DNA of 64,000 nt from Nemertoderma westbladi (Eukaryota; Animalia; Xenacoelomorpha). The notes beneath the pieces were generated by a model that saw only the letters and a list, made by a program, of their open reading frames with translations, did not search any database and was not told where the DNA came from. The translations under genes and the position numbers were made by a program. Below are positions 37,301 through 49,182 of this stretch, piece by piece (position 1 is the stretch's first letter; every line of letters begins with the position of its first letter). The stretch is taken from NCBI GenBank assembly GCA_032718475.1, contig JAUCBJ010006790.1, positions 1 through 64,000 of the forward strand, given 5' to 3'.

Positions 37301-37779
37301 CGGGATATGGGTTTTGGGCGGTAGACCCATCGCATGTTGCGTACGAGCCATATCTACAATCGCTACCACAATATCAGGAGCTCATCCTAACTGCTCAAGA
37401 CCTTCCACAAAACACTGGAGTTATCGTAGTTCGAGAGTACTTCAGACAATTGAACATGGACAATAAGTACACATGGAACTTCGTTGCTATTTGCGATCGC
37501 ATCACGAAGGGTGTATTTACGGAGACTAGAAAAGTGGTACGCGCGCGAGGTGATTGGAGGATGGCGGCTATACAATACCGCAACGAATTCTTGTTGACTC
37601 ATGTGCCAGTGGGTTCATTGACCGCCGAGAGGATACAGGAACAAAGGATCGCAGCGACCACAGCGACGACCGCTGGAGCTCAAGGCTCGCGGAAAGAACC
37701 AGGAGGAGGGGTCCAAGACAAGCGTCAAGTCAAGGACGATCACTACCATTCGATACCTAAAGAGGTGAGGTCTCTATAG
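34339..37779 (+). CDS. Extra ORF of B (1146 aa): DnaQ/WRN-EXD-like 3'-5' exonuclease domain plus three CCHC zinc knuckles
   Basis: VMFYDNEGG (ExoI DxE), LPKKVREAILNQDYVKVGSGVQSD (ExoII), FVDTKLL, KTGMGFIA, LQYYLVLE (ExoIII-like); CKLCGSTRHNLKSC, CRWCNETDHSFHTC, CGYCGVKGHRSARC. Confidence 0.75.
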   Translation: MERDIRAQPRRGFTAREEAELPFARPGCKDSNVYYHGRSVMELNGKYKPSYDKELRRERMRALGDRMEVLRREYRTRYPYDFALDVCDISADPDEEIARLYHMNMYLRHEEPLPAVRDQFDGMHLYRRTRGEDQETLKVFSVYKLFYKCGECMNKQDVAIPDRLDEQHPEPILTRCPAHQFLRYNEGGYPMSNPMISIDFSRKRPPRLITPTITTLDPYTEIKPCSTPSLIETAAAISLYRAYKDLEARREAARDSGTKPAGLELSSPWTTFTSPHRMRSLTPEHQDDIDALRQEERAAKAKELFENRIAEYNKTADRHQEETRRVTGFVPQVVSQPGPVYYSDGTEPAILVDHPESREAIRFLPMVRMADHWNVDCLREVLCAKFLRDVPMQITDYDTLDKIGAPGKESKLFGWLDKYIKVWVAVATFPDDEEVDQMWLRRKGSYTRYDDHKAIERMWTPSDEIQRQWRKTEESLQDWRVMFYDNEGGSHQECLTSKCIQIRAADGVTHVFMRVRADRERPEPIITTQYRKGKDPREQILEVCRRGGMHGAERIDARMLPKKVREAILNQDYVKVGSGVQSDLESDFNAMTDLEDRLPRPFVDTKLLLLWAQDIGIYREYPNSAKTGMGFIAHLLYNWDFKLKTQKKYEEAYGEYNTPPGAEFKSHFKRQALVYWNICAPPRASLQYYLVLESNTVTCLLADIVARVLKCHPLVFGGDQYVRSKGGIQSDVMKRFLTPFFNQSLENTSMIRRGLAIFEGVYRQNIGDLGDRPSMEYPTPEALEKWFGNQTRGFGTPFHSEADRPVKEGWPETLVEVFGVDLPVEKTYPKRTREEILEIEDKGEDVYFVPDRQPLTGEDDIVLDIGKEGSAKPIGDLIYERAWFPQARRCKLCGSTRHNLKSCDAVVEAAHKVCRWCNETDHSFHTCTVFISQCGYCGVKGHRSARCQLRDDSFQNHSANLLREMLDKWESVADYHIQAQMRWLPFKAGYGFWAVDPSHVAYEPYLQSLPQYQELILTAQDLPQNTGVIVVREYFRQLNMDNKYTWNFVAICDRITKGVFTETRKVVRARGDWRMAAIQYRNEFLLTHVPVGSLTAERIQEQRIAATTATTAGAQGSRKEPGGGVQDKRQVKDDHYHSIPKEVRSL

Positions 37780-39672
37780 GGGTGTCGAAAACAGGCGGCG
37801 GCGGACTCGTGAGGGTCTGGGGGCACGTTAAATTTGGTATATAGTGCAAGGGAGTCACTGAAGGCCCTCGTGTCTAGCGAACCATGAATTGCCATGGTGC
37901 CGTGGTTCCGTCTAGTCGGCATGTTGCCGTACTGCCAGTCCTGTACACAGTAGGGGTGGTGGCATGGCGTGATTTGTGGTTCATGTGGTGTGAACTGTGA
38001 TTTGTATGTGGGCGATCAGTGGCAGTTGCTTGGGGCTCGGATGGGTTTCCTTTGACCATCAGCTGTTCCGTTTTTTTGATACTATATGTTATTGTCTCCA
38101 TGTTCAGCTGATTGGTTTTTGGGATTTGTTTGGGCCTTTGAGTTTTCTGTTGCTGTGGGTACGTGAGTACACGTGATTGTATGTATGGCCACTGCGAGTG
38201 AGTGTGGGAAACCTTGCCAGTTGGCTCAGTCGCCGCTGGTATTAGTAGGACCATATTTTACTGCGCCCTAGCATACTTTGTGCACACAAAGTTATTTTGC
38301 CCTGACGGCAAAATAAGGTACTCTCGACTCTCATGTTCTCTCTAGTCGATACAACTAGTCCCTCTCGATTTTGACACCGATTTTGTCTTTCCCGATTATG
38401 TCCTCTGTGTGTGCATGGTATGTGTCCAATTTGTGTACTTGATATTGTGAACATCTGTTGAGTACACGTGTACAGTGACTGGTAAGTGGTTACTTGTTCA
38501 GTAGCTTTTGAGCTACAGACAGTATTGTTTTTTCAGGTGAAAACGAGTCAAAATTCCATGTTGGGTAGCGCAAGCCCACATGGGACAAGACCGTCGGTTA
38601 GGCCCAAGGGCGACCTTGGTGCTCGATCGCTATCGACTGGTCCACCTGCCGGTTGACTCTCTGAGTTGGCTCAATGTACAGTCAGGCCACAGTAAGTTGA
38701 CAGTAGCCGACCATCTGGCTACACGTTCGACGAGCTGTGCCGGTGTGATCGGGGAATTGAAAATTGAACCCGGGAAGCATCGGGCCATCCCCCGGCCCGG
38801 TCTGATAATAACATCAGTCGGACTGGCCCCAGGGGTGGTGGAAAGGTGTCCGCCTCGTGGGTGCGCCTCGGGGAGGAGCCCAGAAGGACACAAGCGTATA
38901 GAAGCGCAACGATTGCAGCGTAAGGCGCAGGGAGCGTCGGAGAAGGCGCGAGCGCAACTGCATAAGGAAGAGTTGGCGGAAGCGACCACGGGAGCGCGAC
39001 AATTGGGACGAGGCCGAGGGAGAAGTACCAGCCGAGAATCTGTCGGGGCTGAGGGAACGTCGTCGCCGGTTCCGGGGAGTGACGCCTCACGGACGCCGTC
39101 AACGGAGTCGACTGGAGGTAGATTAGTGTATCTGGGAAGGGGGCGGAAGAGAGGAGCGAGCCCAAAGAACCCAGGAGCGGGTCGATAATACATTATAGCA
39201 CAGGGCGACAGACTCTAGATATATACATCATCGTCGCTCTGATGTATGTTGTAGCATTTGGAAATCTTCGACTAGACTCGTATACACTAGTTGAGCTATT
39301 TGAATTTATATTATGAAAGAGGCGAAGGAAGTGATTGGGGAGACAAACCTGCGGGTTTGGCTTACTCCTTTCACTTGCCCTATCAAATTTTTATATATTT
39401 GATTTTGTATGTAGTAATCATTATGTAGTAGAACGAAAGAGAAACAATATTTTGTAAATTTAATTTGTATGTAATAATCGTTAAACAGTGAGAGAGATAA
39501 TATTTGTAAATTTAATTTGTATGTAATTCATTATGCAATATCTATAGCAATATTTGTAAATAGTAGGACCTATAGTATCAAGTATTTAGATTGGTTGGAA
39601 GAAATTTATTTTGTTTTGTATACATCACCTTATACTCTTCTACAATTGGAGGGAAACATTGTATGATTTCCC

Positions 39673-39681
39673 TTGGAGCGG
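39673..39681 (+). promoter_or_regulatory. Polypurine-tract-like primer site of B
   Basis: TTGGAGCGG directly before the TG of the 3' LTR; A2 has TGGGAGCGG at the same position. Confidence 0.7.
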
Positions 39682-41873
39682 TGTTACGGTATATGGCGCT
39701 GTATCCATATTATTAGTCATCATGCAGTATGTAATATTAGTCCGTTATGCAGTATGCAATATTAGTCCGTTATACTGTACGTAATATTAGTCCATTGTGC
39801 AGCATGATATTTTAGATAAGGCATAATAACGCAGTGGTATTTAGGTAGGGAAATCAAAACGCCCATATATTTGAAACCATCCATTTTGTATAGTATGTAG
39901 CCCTACCTACGTAATTTTGTATTAGGATATATGTAGATAGTTCCAGGGTAGCGAGTTTATTCGGACCCTGGATTTTGTGCTTGCTGATATTAGTTTGATA
40001 GGGCTAGCATATAGGGACGCCGTCCTGGCCATTCAGCAGCCAGAGACGTGAACCATTACCATATATGGTAATAATTTGAGCAATAGGGCTACAATCCGGC
40101 CTCCTTATTGGATTAACTGCTTCCAGGTTGGTCTAATGCTAGCATGGACTGGAGAGCCAATAGGAGAGCGATTGAGTCACCCTATTGAATCATCCCATCC
40201 GGATCACCTATAAATTGGCGGTGTGCCGGTAGAGCCTATCAATCGATTCAACCTTCACTGCTGTTGTACTTGCTGAGCTGTCTCTATTCAATTTTGACGG
40301 ATTTTAGAGTATTTTTGCAATTTGATTAATTTCTTGAAATGATTTGCTAGTGCGATTACTCTTGCTTGTGTTTCTCAATTAATTCCTTCGATTACTGCTA
40401 ATTACAACTGAACTATGATTTCTACTTTTGATTAATGGTTCTATGTGATTCTTTCCTGCGCAATAATCCTAAGGGATTTCTGAGACTGTCAGACTTTGTG
40501 ATTTGCATGCGCCGCTACGGTAGCTATTAGCGTAATGGAGGGCTAAGGCGCCAGCGGGCGGTGGGCACATCGGGGGGTTGGGCGACTAAGGGAGAGCGGA
40601 GGATTCAAAGCGAGCAACGCTGGCATGGGGTCACCGTTGCGGTCGGGAAGTTAACGCTGTGGTACGCAGACCAATCGCCGGTACGGTAATTAGGGGGCTG
40701 ATGATCCAGGTTTCGTCTCTATTTAGTATTAGGGGGGCAGGAATCAGGTTAGTTAGGAGTCCTATATGTACCCGGGAGAGGCCTGCACGTATCATAACGT
40801 TTCGAACGTTGAGCGTGTAGTACGAATAGTGAGTCGCATAATTGTGGGCTATACAGTAGTTAACTGCATAATTGCGAACTGTGATTGCTGACGCTGATTG
40901 GTGTGTTACTGAAGTGTGCCTATGATTGTGAATGTTTAGGTAGGCGCTCTTTTCTCTTTGATTGATTTCTATTTCTTAGTTACAACAATTAGTTACTGAT
41001 TAGGTCAAAGTAATACGGCAATTTAGGCTATTACTAGCGAAACCTGTTGCGTGATAAATTAGAATTACGTATTCTGGAACTCTTAGTAATTAGTACGCTG
41101 TTAAATATTTGTGACTGTAATTGATTAGTAAAATTAAGAATTAGTACGCAGCATAGCGGAGAGTAGCTAAAGTAATAATTAAGAGTACTGTAAACTATTC
41201 GCGCTGAGCGGTTATTTGCATTAGCGGACAATCAGCTAGAACGCACTATTCGGTACGCACGAAACGCTAGTGATTTGCTGGCCTAAAGCCAGCTGCAGGC
41301 AATTTTAGACCCAGAGTGGTACTATCCACGAGAGACAATTACTGTACCATTTTTGATATTTTAAATATTCTCGCATTCACACATTACGTTAGAGAAACCC
41401 CCAGTATTCGCGATTAGAAAAGACGTAGGTAATAGCGTGCTTTAATAGTGATAGAATTAGGCGTAAGAATACTCTGAGTGCAAGGCCTCTCGCACTCGTC
41501 TTAAGTAAGCTTAGGGAGCCGACTCGGGTTTATTGTTTTGGTTATTCCTGCGTGGCTCATAGATTCGAACAGTTAGCTCTCTATTGAGCAATCGGTAGAG
41601 AAAGGAACAAGCGATTTTGCAGGAGTTGTGTAAAATTAGTAAATATATTAGCGGACGGCAGATTAGCGCCATCCAACGGTAAGTAGCGGTTTTGTATTTA
41701 GCAACCTTTACAATTTAGTAATATCACGCTCCTGATCCCCTTTACTTAACAGTAGAGCAGTCTTTGTGTCTTATTGGTTAGGCGAGAGCTCATTAGGTTG
41801 GCAGAAGGATATTAACGGGTATTGGTCTGTTCAACAGTTCTGCTGTTAGTATAGAGGTCGCGGTTGTTTATCA
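39682..41873 (+). repeat. Element B 3' LTR
   Basis: Copy of 19502-21693; followed by GTAGG, which matches the A-family leader sequence (compare 58642). Confidence 0.87.
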
Positions 41874-41932
41874 GTAGGGATAAACTTGGGGATATGAATG
41901 TTGCGAATAATCGCATAAACTCTGAATAATAA

Positions 41933-42510
41933 ATATTACGCTACGCACACAGACTACTCAAACAAAATGCAGACCAAATACTGACAGACTACTATCAAGC
42001 CTAAACAAACTACGGTATATGCAGACTCCGAAATGGTTAGTTAGTATGCGTTCTAACCGAGTAGTACGACTTATTCTTTCAGAGGGGGTTTACCTCACAG
42101 CACTGGAAGCCCCTACGTTCCTAACGGGCACTTTATCGGACATACACTCTACACACAACGCAATCCTTCAGACCTAACAACAGCCAGGCAAAATCCAGCC
42201 TACAAATTATCTAAATAAGAAATATTACGCTACCCGTACAGACTACATAAACAAAATACAGACCAAACGCTGGCAGACTACTATCAAGCCTAAATAAACT
42301 ACAGTATATGCAGACTCCGAAATGGTTAGTTAGTATGCGTTCTAATCTAGTAGTACGACTTATTCTTTCAAAGGGGGTTTACCTCACAGCACTTGAAGCC
42401 CCTACGTTCCTAACTAGCACTTTATCGGACAGATGCTCTACACTACACACACTGCAATCCATTCAGACTTAACAACAGTCAGACAACTATCCAGCCTACA
42501 AATTATCTGT
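41933..42510. repeat. ~289-bp tandem duplication in the A1 leader
   Basis: ATATTACGCTAC at ~41933 and ~42222; single copy in A2 (~58702). Confidence 0.75.
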
Positions 42511-42865
42511 ACAATCTGGGCAGGCTTACACGGCCTTCTACTCAATATCAACTTACAGGCAAATAAAACTAACAGAAATAAGTAAACTATACAAAGGAAT
42601 GAGGGGTGATCAATCCCTAATCCCCTAGCAGCCTACAATATACAATATCACAATCGAAATAGTACTGCTGTACCTGTACTGTTGTAAGTACCGGTCCGGG
42701 TGATCAGGCAGTCAGGCCTACTGGTCACCGGTCGACCGGTACTTTCGACGACTCGATTGCTTACGCCGCAATCAGAAGTTTAACAAACTGTTATTGTTCT
42801 TACCAGAACAATATTAAACTGTATTTATTGCCTACACTGCAATCAAGAATTTTACAAACTGTTAT

Positions 42866-44079
42866 TGTTCGCGCTTTTAAGACCTTTGGCAGTTTAACCC
42901 GCCAAATCTATATGTCTTCTAGGTTATAAATCTACTTTAGCCTAGGACAAGTATTGAACACCTATAATAATTCTAACATTAGCCGAAGCCAGTCTGTGCG
43001 CGACCATTCACCCGCTGGATATACCCGGGAGACTGGATTCGGATGCTTTAATTTGATTGCGGTGCAGGCCTACCGTACTATTCGATTGATCATTAATATA
43101 TAATCTCTGACAAATATTATTCACTTTCGGGAAATATTAGAAGTTCCTTTAGGACGTGGCGCTCTATCTATTTAAACAGAGCTATGACTTACACTATACA
43201 CAACGGTATGTCTTATAGATCACCAAAGTGCATTCTTTAGGAAATGCTTTGTTACTCGGTCAAGCACACACAGACTATTGCACACAACTGCACACTGAAT
43301 TGCCGATATTCACTGATTTTAATCATATATAAAGAGAATAACAACCGACATTTGTAGGGCCTATTAAGTAGCATTGAACTCATTACAAACCACGATAATG
43401 TATGTCGCAAATTGTTATATGTAACCGGTCTCTCTAACCTTAGTGTATCAAGAAGATTGGGGTTTCGGATCGTTATCAATATTCTTCCCAATAATAATAT
43501 GTAAACGAACGATACAATTAACAACACAGTAAATAGCAGTAAATAATGCGGCGAAAAGCAGTTTACGTCAGGGTGCTTAATCAGGTGCCTGACAAGCAAG
43601 AGTACTTAACCAAAATAACAGTTTGATGATCTTATAATTAAAGACGCTCTAATGTTAGAAAACATTCCACGGCCGGTGTTCTTAGGCGTGGGGGAAACGT
43701 CAGTACTGAATCATGGGATTCTGCTGTACAGCTTTTACACAAAGGGAAAATCTCTGATTGGTCGAACTGACGTGGACACTGCTGATAGATGTCGTCATTT
43801 GAGCTGAGCAGAACAAAGAACCAAGGCTCCGTGCAGAGGCTCCACGTGTACAGCTCAGCTATTAGCTGTCGTCATAGTAACTACACTGTTTCAAGAGTAT
43901 TTCGGCTTTTGCGTCATAGAATTGCTAATTATGTCCGCTAAAGTACACATACAGAATGAATGGCCTTTTATGTCCACTAAAACACTGGTACAGTAAGGAA
44001 ACGGCTTTTATGTCCGTTAAAACACCTACAGAGTACTTTACGGGGAAAATAACCAGCTAATTCCGCAAAAGCTTTTACA
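42866..44079 (-). repeat. A1 5' LTR (1214 bp)
   Basis: On the minus strand reads TGTAAAAGCTTTT...AAAAGCGCGAACA. Confidence 0.88.
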
Positions 44080-44082
44080 GTA

Positions 44083-45130
44083 ATGGTGGACAATTCAAGC
44101 ATGGCCCTGAATCGCCTTAAAGGAATCCTGAAAAGGCTTAATACCCAACCTGACCTTAAGGACCAATATAATGAAGTAATGGCTGGGTACTTAAAAAACG
44201 GATTGACAGAGTTGGTACCAGATGAAGAGATTAAAGGATCCTCCAGAACATACTACTTACCAACACACTACGTGATAGAAAAGCGTAAGGCTGGTAAGAT
44301 GAGAGTCGTTAATGACGCCACGGCCTCCTTCCAAGGTGAATCCCTACACAGCCAGTTATACACCGGACCAAACATCTATAGCAACCTGGTTGGCGTATTG
44401 CTTAGATTCAGGCTCAGAACAAGGTGGCTTTTACATGCGACATCAAATCTATGTTTCATCAGGTACGCACACTAGACAGAGACTCTGACAGCTTGCGGAT
44501 ACTATGGACCAACAAGACACTTAATATCTCAGAAATAAACAGCCTCACGCTGAATGATGTTGACATCTTAATAATGGTGGTACGTATCTTCAGTGCAAAA
44601 GACTCGCCAGTCGTGTGCAGTGATATGATTAAGAAAACTGCGGATATGCTGGAAGATAAATATGATCCCAGTGAAATCAGTCGTCACGCCAACTGGAAGA
44701 AATCGCAAGCGTTGGCAGCACACTGGTGGAGGGTATGGTTGCACGAATTTCTGATAACACTCAGAACCCGCCGGAAATGGAATCACATTCACCGAATCAT
44801 CGCGGTTGGAGATATGGTGCTTGTCAAAGATGAACTGAAAGATCGTGTTCATTGGCCTGTGGCGCGTGTTACCAAGATTTTCCCCGGAAAAGTCGGTCTC
44901 ACCCGCACCGTGATGATCCAAACATCAAAGGGCCACTACGATCGCCCGATCCAAGCTTTATGTTTACTAGAAGCAGTTTGTGATGACGTTGTAGAGTGCC
45001 CTGCCAAGGGCCACTACGATCACCCAATCTAAACTTTATATTTACTAGAAGCAGTCGGTGATGACGTTGTAGAGTACCCTGAAAAGAAACACTACGACCA
45101 CCAAATCCAGACTTTGTGTCCTCTCAAGGA
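44083..45130 (+). pseudogene. Old Bel/Pao C, 3' part: RT N-terminus fused by deletion to the integrase C-terminus, ending in three 78-bp repeats
   Basis: ALNRL..LKRL, YYLPTH, KMRVVNDA, LLRFR, DIKSMFHQV, then WWRVWLHEFL..R.KW, WPVARV, YDRPIQALCLL; CACTACG at 44934, 45012, 45090. Confidence 0.85.
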
Positions 45131-45461
45131 TGACCGTAAAATAAAGTAAAGGAGTCAATCAAATAAACTGAGTATTCACATACTATAATGTTGATGAAAA
45201 TAATGGTGATTTAATGACAACGATTATGGACTTTCTTTGACACCCTGTTACCACGCACCTGATTTGGAATTCATTTTCCTCGTGTGATGTATGAAAAGTC
45301 CAGCGTCACCCTGCGGAATGCATCTGCGCAGACTGCAGGGTGGTTTATGTTGACGATGTACAGCTGGATTTAATGGAAATTTGTTGAATGGATATGTTAA
45401 CCTCAAAAATATTTATTATGGATTTCATTGTAATCATCGCGTTGGTTTTCACTCTAGGTGC

Positions 45462-45680
45462 GGGCCCTGGAGCAGTGTAACGAGCCCGCTGCTCTCGTTG
45501 AGTTTGTCTTCCTTCCTACGTGTTGTTTTGTTCCCGATGGTTTTCTTTCTGGGGATGGCCCTGGAGCGGTGTAACGAGCCCGCTGCCATCTCTAGTTTGA
45601 TTTCTGTCCTTCATGTTATCATTGTTCCGTTGAGTCTTCATACCGGGGATGGCCCTGGAGCGGTGTAACGAGCCCACTGC
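45462..45680 (+). repeat. Three ~94-bp units anchored by GGCCCTGGAGCRGTGTAACGAGCCC
   Basis: Anchors at ~45463, 45557, 45651; the intervening sequences are diverged but related. Confidence 0.75.
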
Positions 45681-47265
45681 CATTTCCAACTTGATTTCCC
45701 AACAACCTATGTACAATATGTTTGTCCCGAGGATGAAATATCTAAAAAGACAAAAAAAAGGTGTATAATGAGATAAAAAGGAATATAAAAAGGAAAAAAA
45801 TGATTTGAAAAAGAAAAAGAAAAAAAGGCGTATAATGCGATGGAAAATAAATATAAAAAGAAAATATTGAAGTGAAAAAGATAATGATAAAAAAGATAGA
45901 AATAAAGAAATACGAAAGAACGGACAAAAGAAGTCATAAATAAAAGGACATAAAAAGTAGATCTTAGTAGAAATAGGGTTGTACTGTACAGTACAACAGT
46001 AATATATATTATTACAACAAACAAATACAAACACTAAAAAACACAAAACAAACAATGGCTGTAATACCCACCACCAGGAAACAATCATACTTTAAAAATA
46101 ACTTTTAGGTAGGAGTGGGAAAAGTCCAACAATATATTATTTACAGGTTTATTTACATGGCCAATGTTGGGAGACCGGCCCCGTCCTCAAATCCCAGACC
46201 ACTACGTCACCTCGTGCGAGATCCACGCAGGCAGTGGGACATAAAGGACATAAAAAGTAATTTTGAATGTTAATTGAAAGCTTATGAATTAATGTGGAAA
46301 GTACTACTGGCCTCCAAACCAGCAATAAACCTAATTCAGCAATGCATAACAGGAAAGACAGTTGCTGAGGAATCAGTATTTCCAGACCTTTGATTTCTTG
46401 ATTTCGTAACTTTCCTATTTCACCTGCAACAAATTAACTAAATTACAGTCCCGCTCTCAAAAAGCATTCCTTTGATCAAACTTTGATGAAACATTGATCA
46501 AAATGTGCCCATAGAATAGCATTGAAAGTATATAGCAGTGACATTGAAATGACACTGATGGTATATTGAAATGACCTTGAAATCGACGGACCGAAATTCC
46601 AGACTTTCTGTCTCATATTGAAATGACATTGAAATGTTTAACAGTTTACATCTCGCTTCTGCGGCAAGCCTTTGTACTCAGATTCCCGCCGAGAACTGGC
46701 TTTTATTGCTAATGGCCAAGTCGCTATGTGATTGACATCAGGGCGACGGATGGAGCGTGCTTGATTTTGTGGATGGACATCGATTAGATTTACAAGGTAG
46801 GGCTGTATTGTGGTAGTGTCCCAGACTGAGTCTTGTAGGGCCTATTATTACACTAAACAACTAGTTCAGAAAAACTTTTTTTGGAATATTTTTGAATTAT
46901 TGCTTATTATAAATTTGTTTTAATGTTCCTTAAATCAGAATCAAGGCCAAAGACCTTCATTGGCCAGCGCGATGACTGCCGTTGCATTGTATTTTCTTAT
47001 ACAGTAATTGTTTAAATTCGACAAGCTTGCCCTCTGCCCCTGTGTCTAATTTTCATAATAAATGTAAATAAAGAAATAAATAAATCCATAAAATCTATTT
47101 TTATTTATAATTTGATTATACATAACTGCTTTGTGATCATAAAAAATTCACGTAAGTTGGAAATTGCAAGCTAGAAATGTAGGCCTACGTAATGAGCGGA
47201 CACCATCAAAAATCTTCTAAAAAATTTATGTAATTTGATTTTAATACTCTATCTGATGAGGTATT

Positions 47266-49104
47266 TGTTCGCGCTTTTAGACCTTTAGCAGTTTAACCTG
47301 CCAATTTTAGTTGTCTTTTTGTTTATAAATCGACTTTAGCCTATATCGATTATTTAATGTATTCTTGTATTCTTGTATATATATTTAGCGATTTAAAATT
47401 CACACGGTAGAACTCGTAGAGCACACCAAATTAAGTACATAAACCTAAAAACTGCAGTATATCAAATAATTAAGTACGGGCCTACAGTTGTAAAAATTAC
47501 GCAAATAAGGCACAAAATGCACATAACTAATAATGAGAAAAAAAAAAACATTATAGTAAAAATATACATTGTATACAAATTGTGCAAAAACTGGCTAATT
47601 CTTCTGTTTAAATGGACAATGCAATGAAAGAAATGTAGTCCATTTAATTTATTTTAATACTTGTACCTTAGTTAGGGAGTTTGACTGGATAGGTCTCGAG
47701 TCAGTGTATCCAGGCGAGCCTGGACAATCTGGGACGGTGTAAAGATATGCATCAAGATGCTTTTTAAAAGTCTCCAGTGCGCAGCCTGTCAAGTCTCTTA
47801 TATGTTTTGGGATGGTGTTAAATAATTTAGGTCCAATAACACAAAAACTGTTGTCTATAAGAGAGGAGACGCGACATGTAGCCTTACTTGCAAGGGACGG
47901 TATGGTACAAAGTCGACCTCTGCGGATGTTTTTTGTAGATTTAATTTTATAGGTTAGATCTGAAATATTTGGAACTCTATTTTCGATAATTTTCCATGTA
48001 TATATTATTATATACAATATATTAATGTAATGAAGTTACATCCACCGAAGCCAGTCTGTGCGCGACCATTCACGCACAGTTAAGGGAGACTGGATTCGGG
48101 TGCTTTGACGTTATTGCGTTGTAGACCTACTGTATTATTCGATTGATCGTTTACTATATAATCTCTGACAATATATTTACTTTTGGGGAAATATTAACAG
48201 TTCCTTTAGGACGTGGCACTTTAAGTATAAAAACAGAGTTAAGACTTATACTAATCACAACTAGATGGCTACTGAGTTTCGTAAAAAGCGCATTCTTTAG
48301 GAGATGCTTTATTAACCTTCACACTACTTCACACTACTTCACACTACTTCACACTGATCTGCCGACCATCACTGAATTTGATCATATATAAGGAGGATCG
48401 CAACTGACACATGTAGGGATTATGAAATAGCATTTAATTCACACATAAAACAACTATAATGTAAGTCGCAGTTGCTACCGGTAAACCTGTTCCTCTAACC
48501 TTCAGTAATCAAGAAGATTGTGGGGTTTTATGATTATTCATCGGTATTCTCCAAATATATCAGCAATATACATTAACATAACACCAATTAATAACAGAAG
48601 CAAATAATGGGGTGAACAGTCAGTATGTGTTACTTATGCAGAGTTCCATGAGCAGCAATGTTCAATATGTGATTCGCGTGATGCGTTAATAGTTTTACGT
48701 TCTTGTAATCAAAGCCATCAGATCTTTAGGCCAAAGTCTGAAACTTCCACAATCAGAAGTACAGAAGACTTCCAAGCAGTTCTCTCGCTCAGAAAGGTAA
48801 ACAAAGACCGTAATGCATTGCGCAGTTTTACATAGGCCCTTGTTCAACATAAAGTGAAAATCGCTCTGATTGGCTGAGTAGAACAAAGAGGTTCCACATT
48901 TACAGAAAATCAGCTGACAGATTTCGTCATCTGAGCTCCAGTCTTTTAGAGTATTAGGCGCATTGCGGCAAAAATGACTTGTTATGTCCGCTAAATCACC
49001 TACACGGTACATTGCGGAGAAAAATGACTTGTTATGTCCGCTAAAGTACCTACACGGTACATTGCGGAGAAAAATGACTTGTTATGTCCGCAAAAGCTTT
49101 TACA
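47266..49104 (-). repeat. A2 3' LTR interrupted by a LINE fragment; ~48-bp triple repeat in U3
   Basis: Matches 59324-60483 once 47362-48029 is removed. Confidence 0.88.
47362..48021 (-). mobile_element. 5'-truncated CR1-like LINE 3' end with (TACAAGAA) tail and 8-bp TSD
   Basis: YIIIYTWKIIE..VPN..RRGRLC..SF...GPKLFN.IPKHIR..FKKHLDAYLYTVPD.P; TTAATGTA at 47354-47361 and 48022-48029. Confidence 0.8.
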
Positions 49105-49182
49105 CCGCTCCCAGAAAATGGGATTTAATTCTATAAAATATAAAAAATCACAGTTTCTAAAATATAAAAATACTCTAAACAG

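Larger units (their letters stand above)
19502..41873 (+). mobile_element. Young Bel/Pao LTR retrotransposon B (~22 kb including Crypton-like insert and extra ORF)
   Basis: Two ~2192-bp TG...CA LTRs with only a few mismatches seen by eye; order gag-PR-RT-RH-IN; PPT-like TTGGAGCGG before the LTR. Confidence 0.9.
18378..44079 (-). mobile_element. Bel/Pao-type LTR element A1 (minus strand); internal region mostly deleted and occupied by element B
   Basis: TG...CA ends, 5-bp TSD GTAAT (18373-18377 / 44080-44084); LTR and leader are homologous to A2, whose gag is Bel/Pao. Confidence 0.85.

Noticed and set aside
45516-46088. Phe-rich minus-strand ORFs
   Set aside because: Translations of A-rich low-complexity DNA
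46330-46445. Possible minus-strand host exon (acceptor TTTGTTGCAG)
   Set aside because: Isolated splice signal with no supporting exons or recognisable protein
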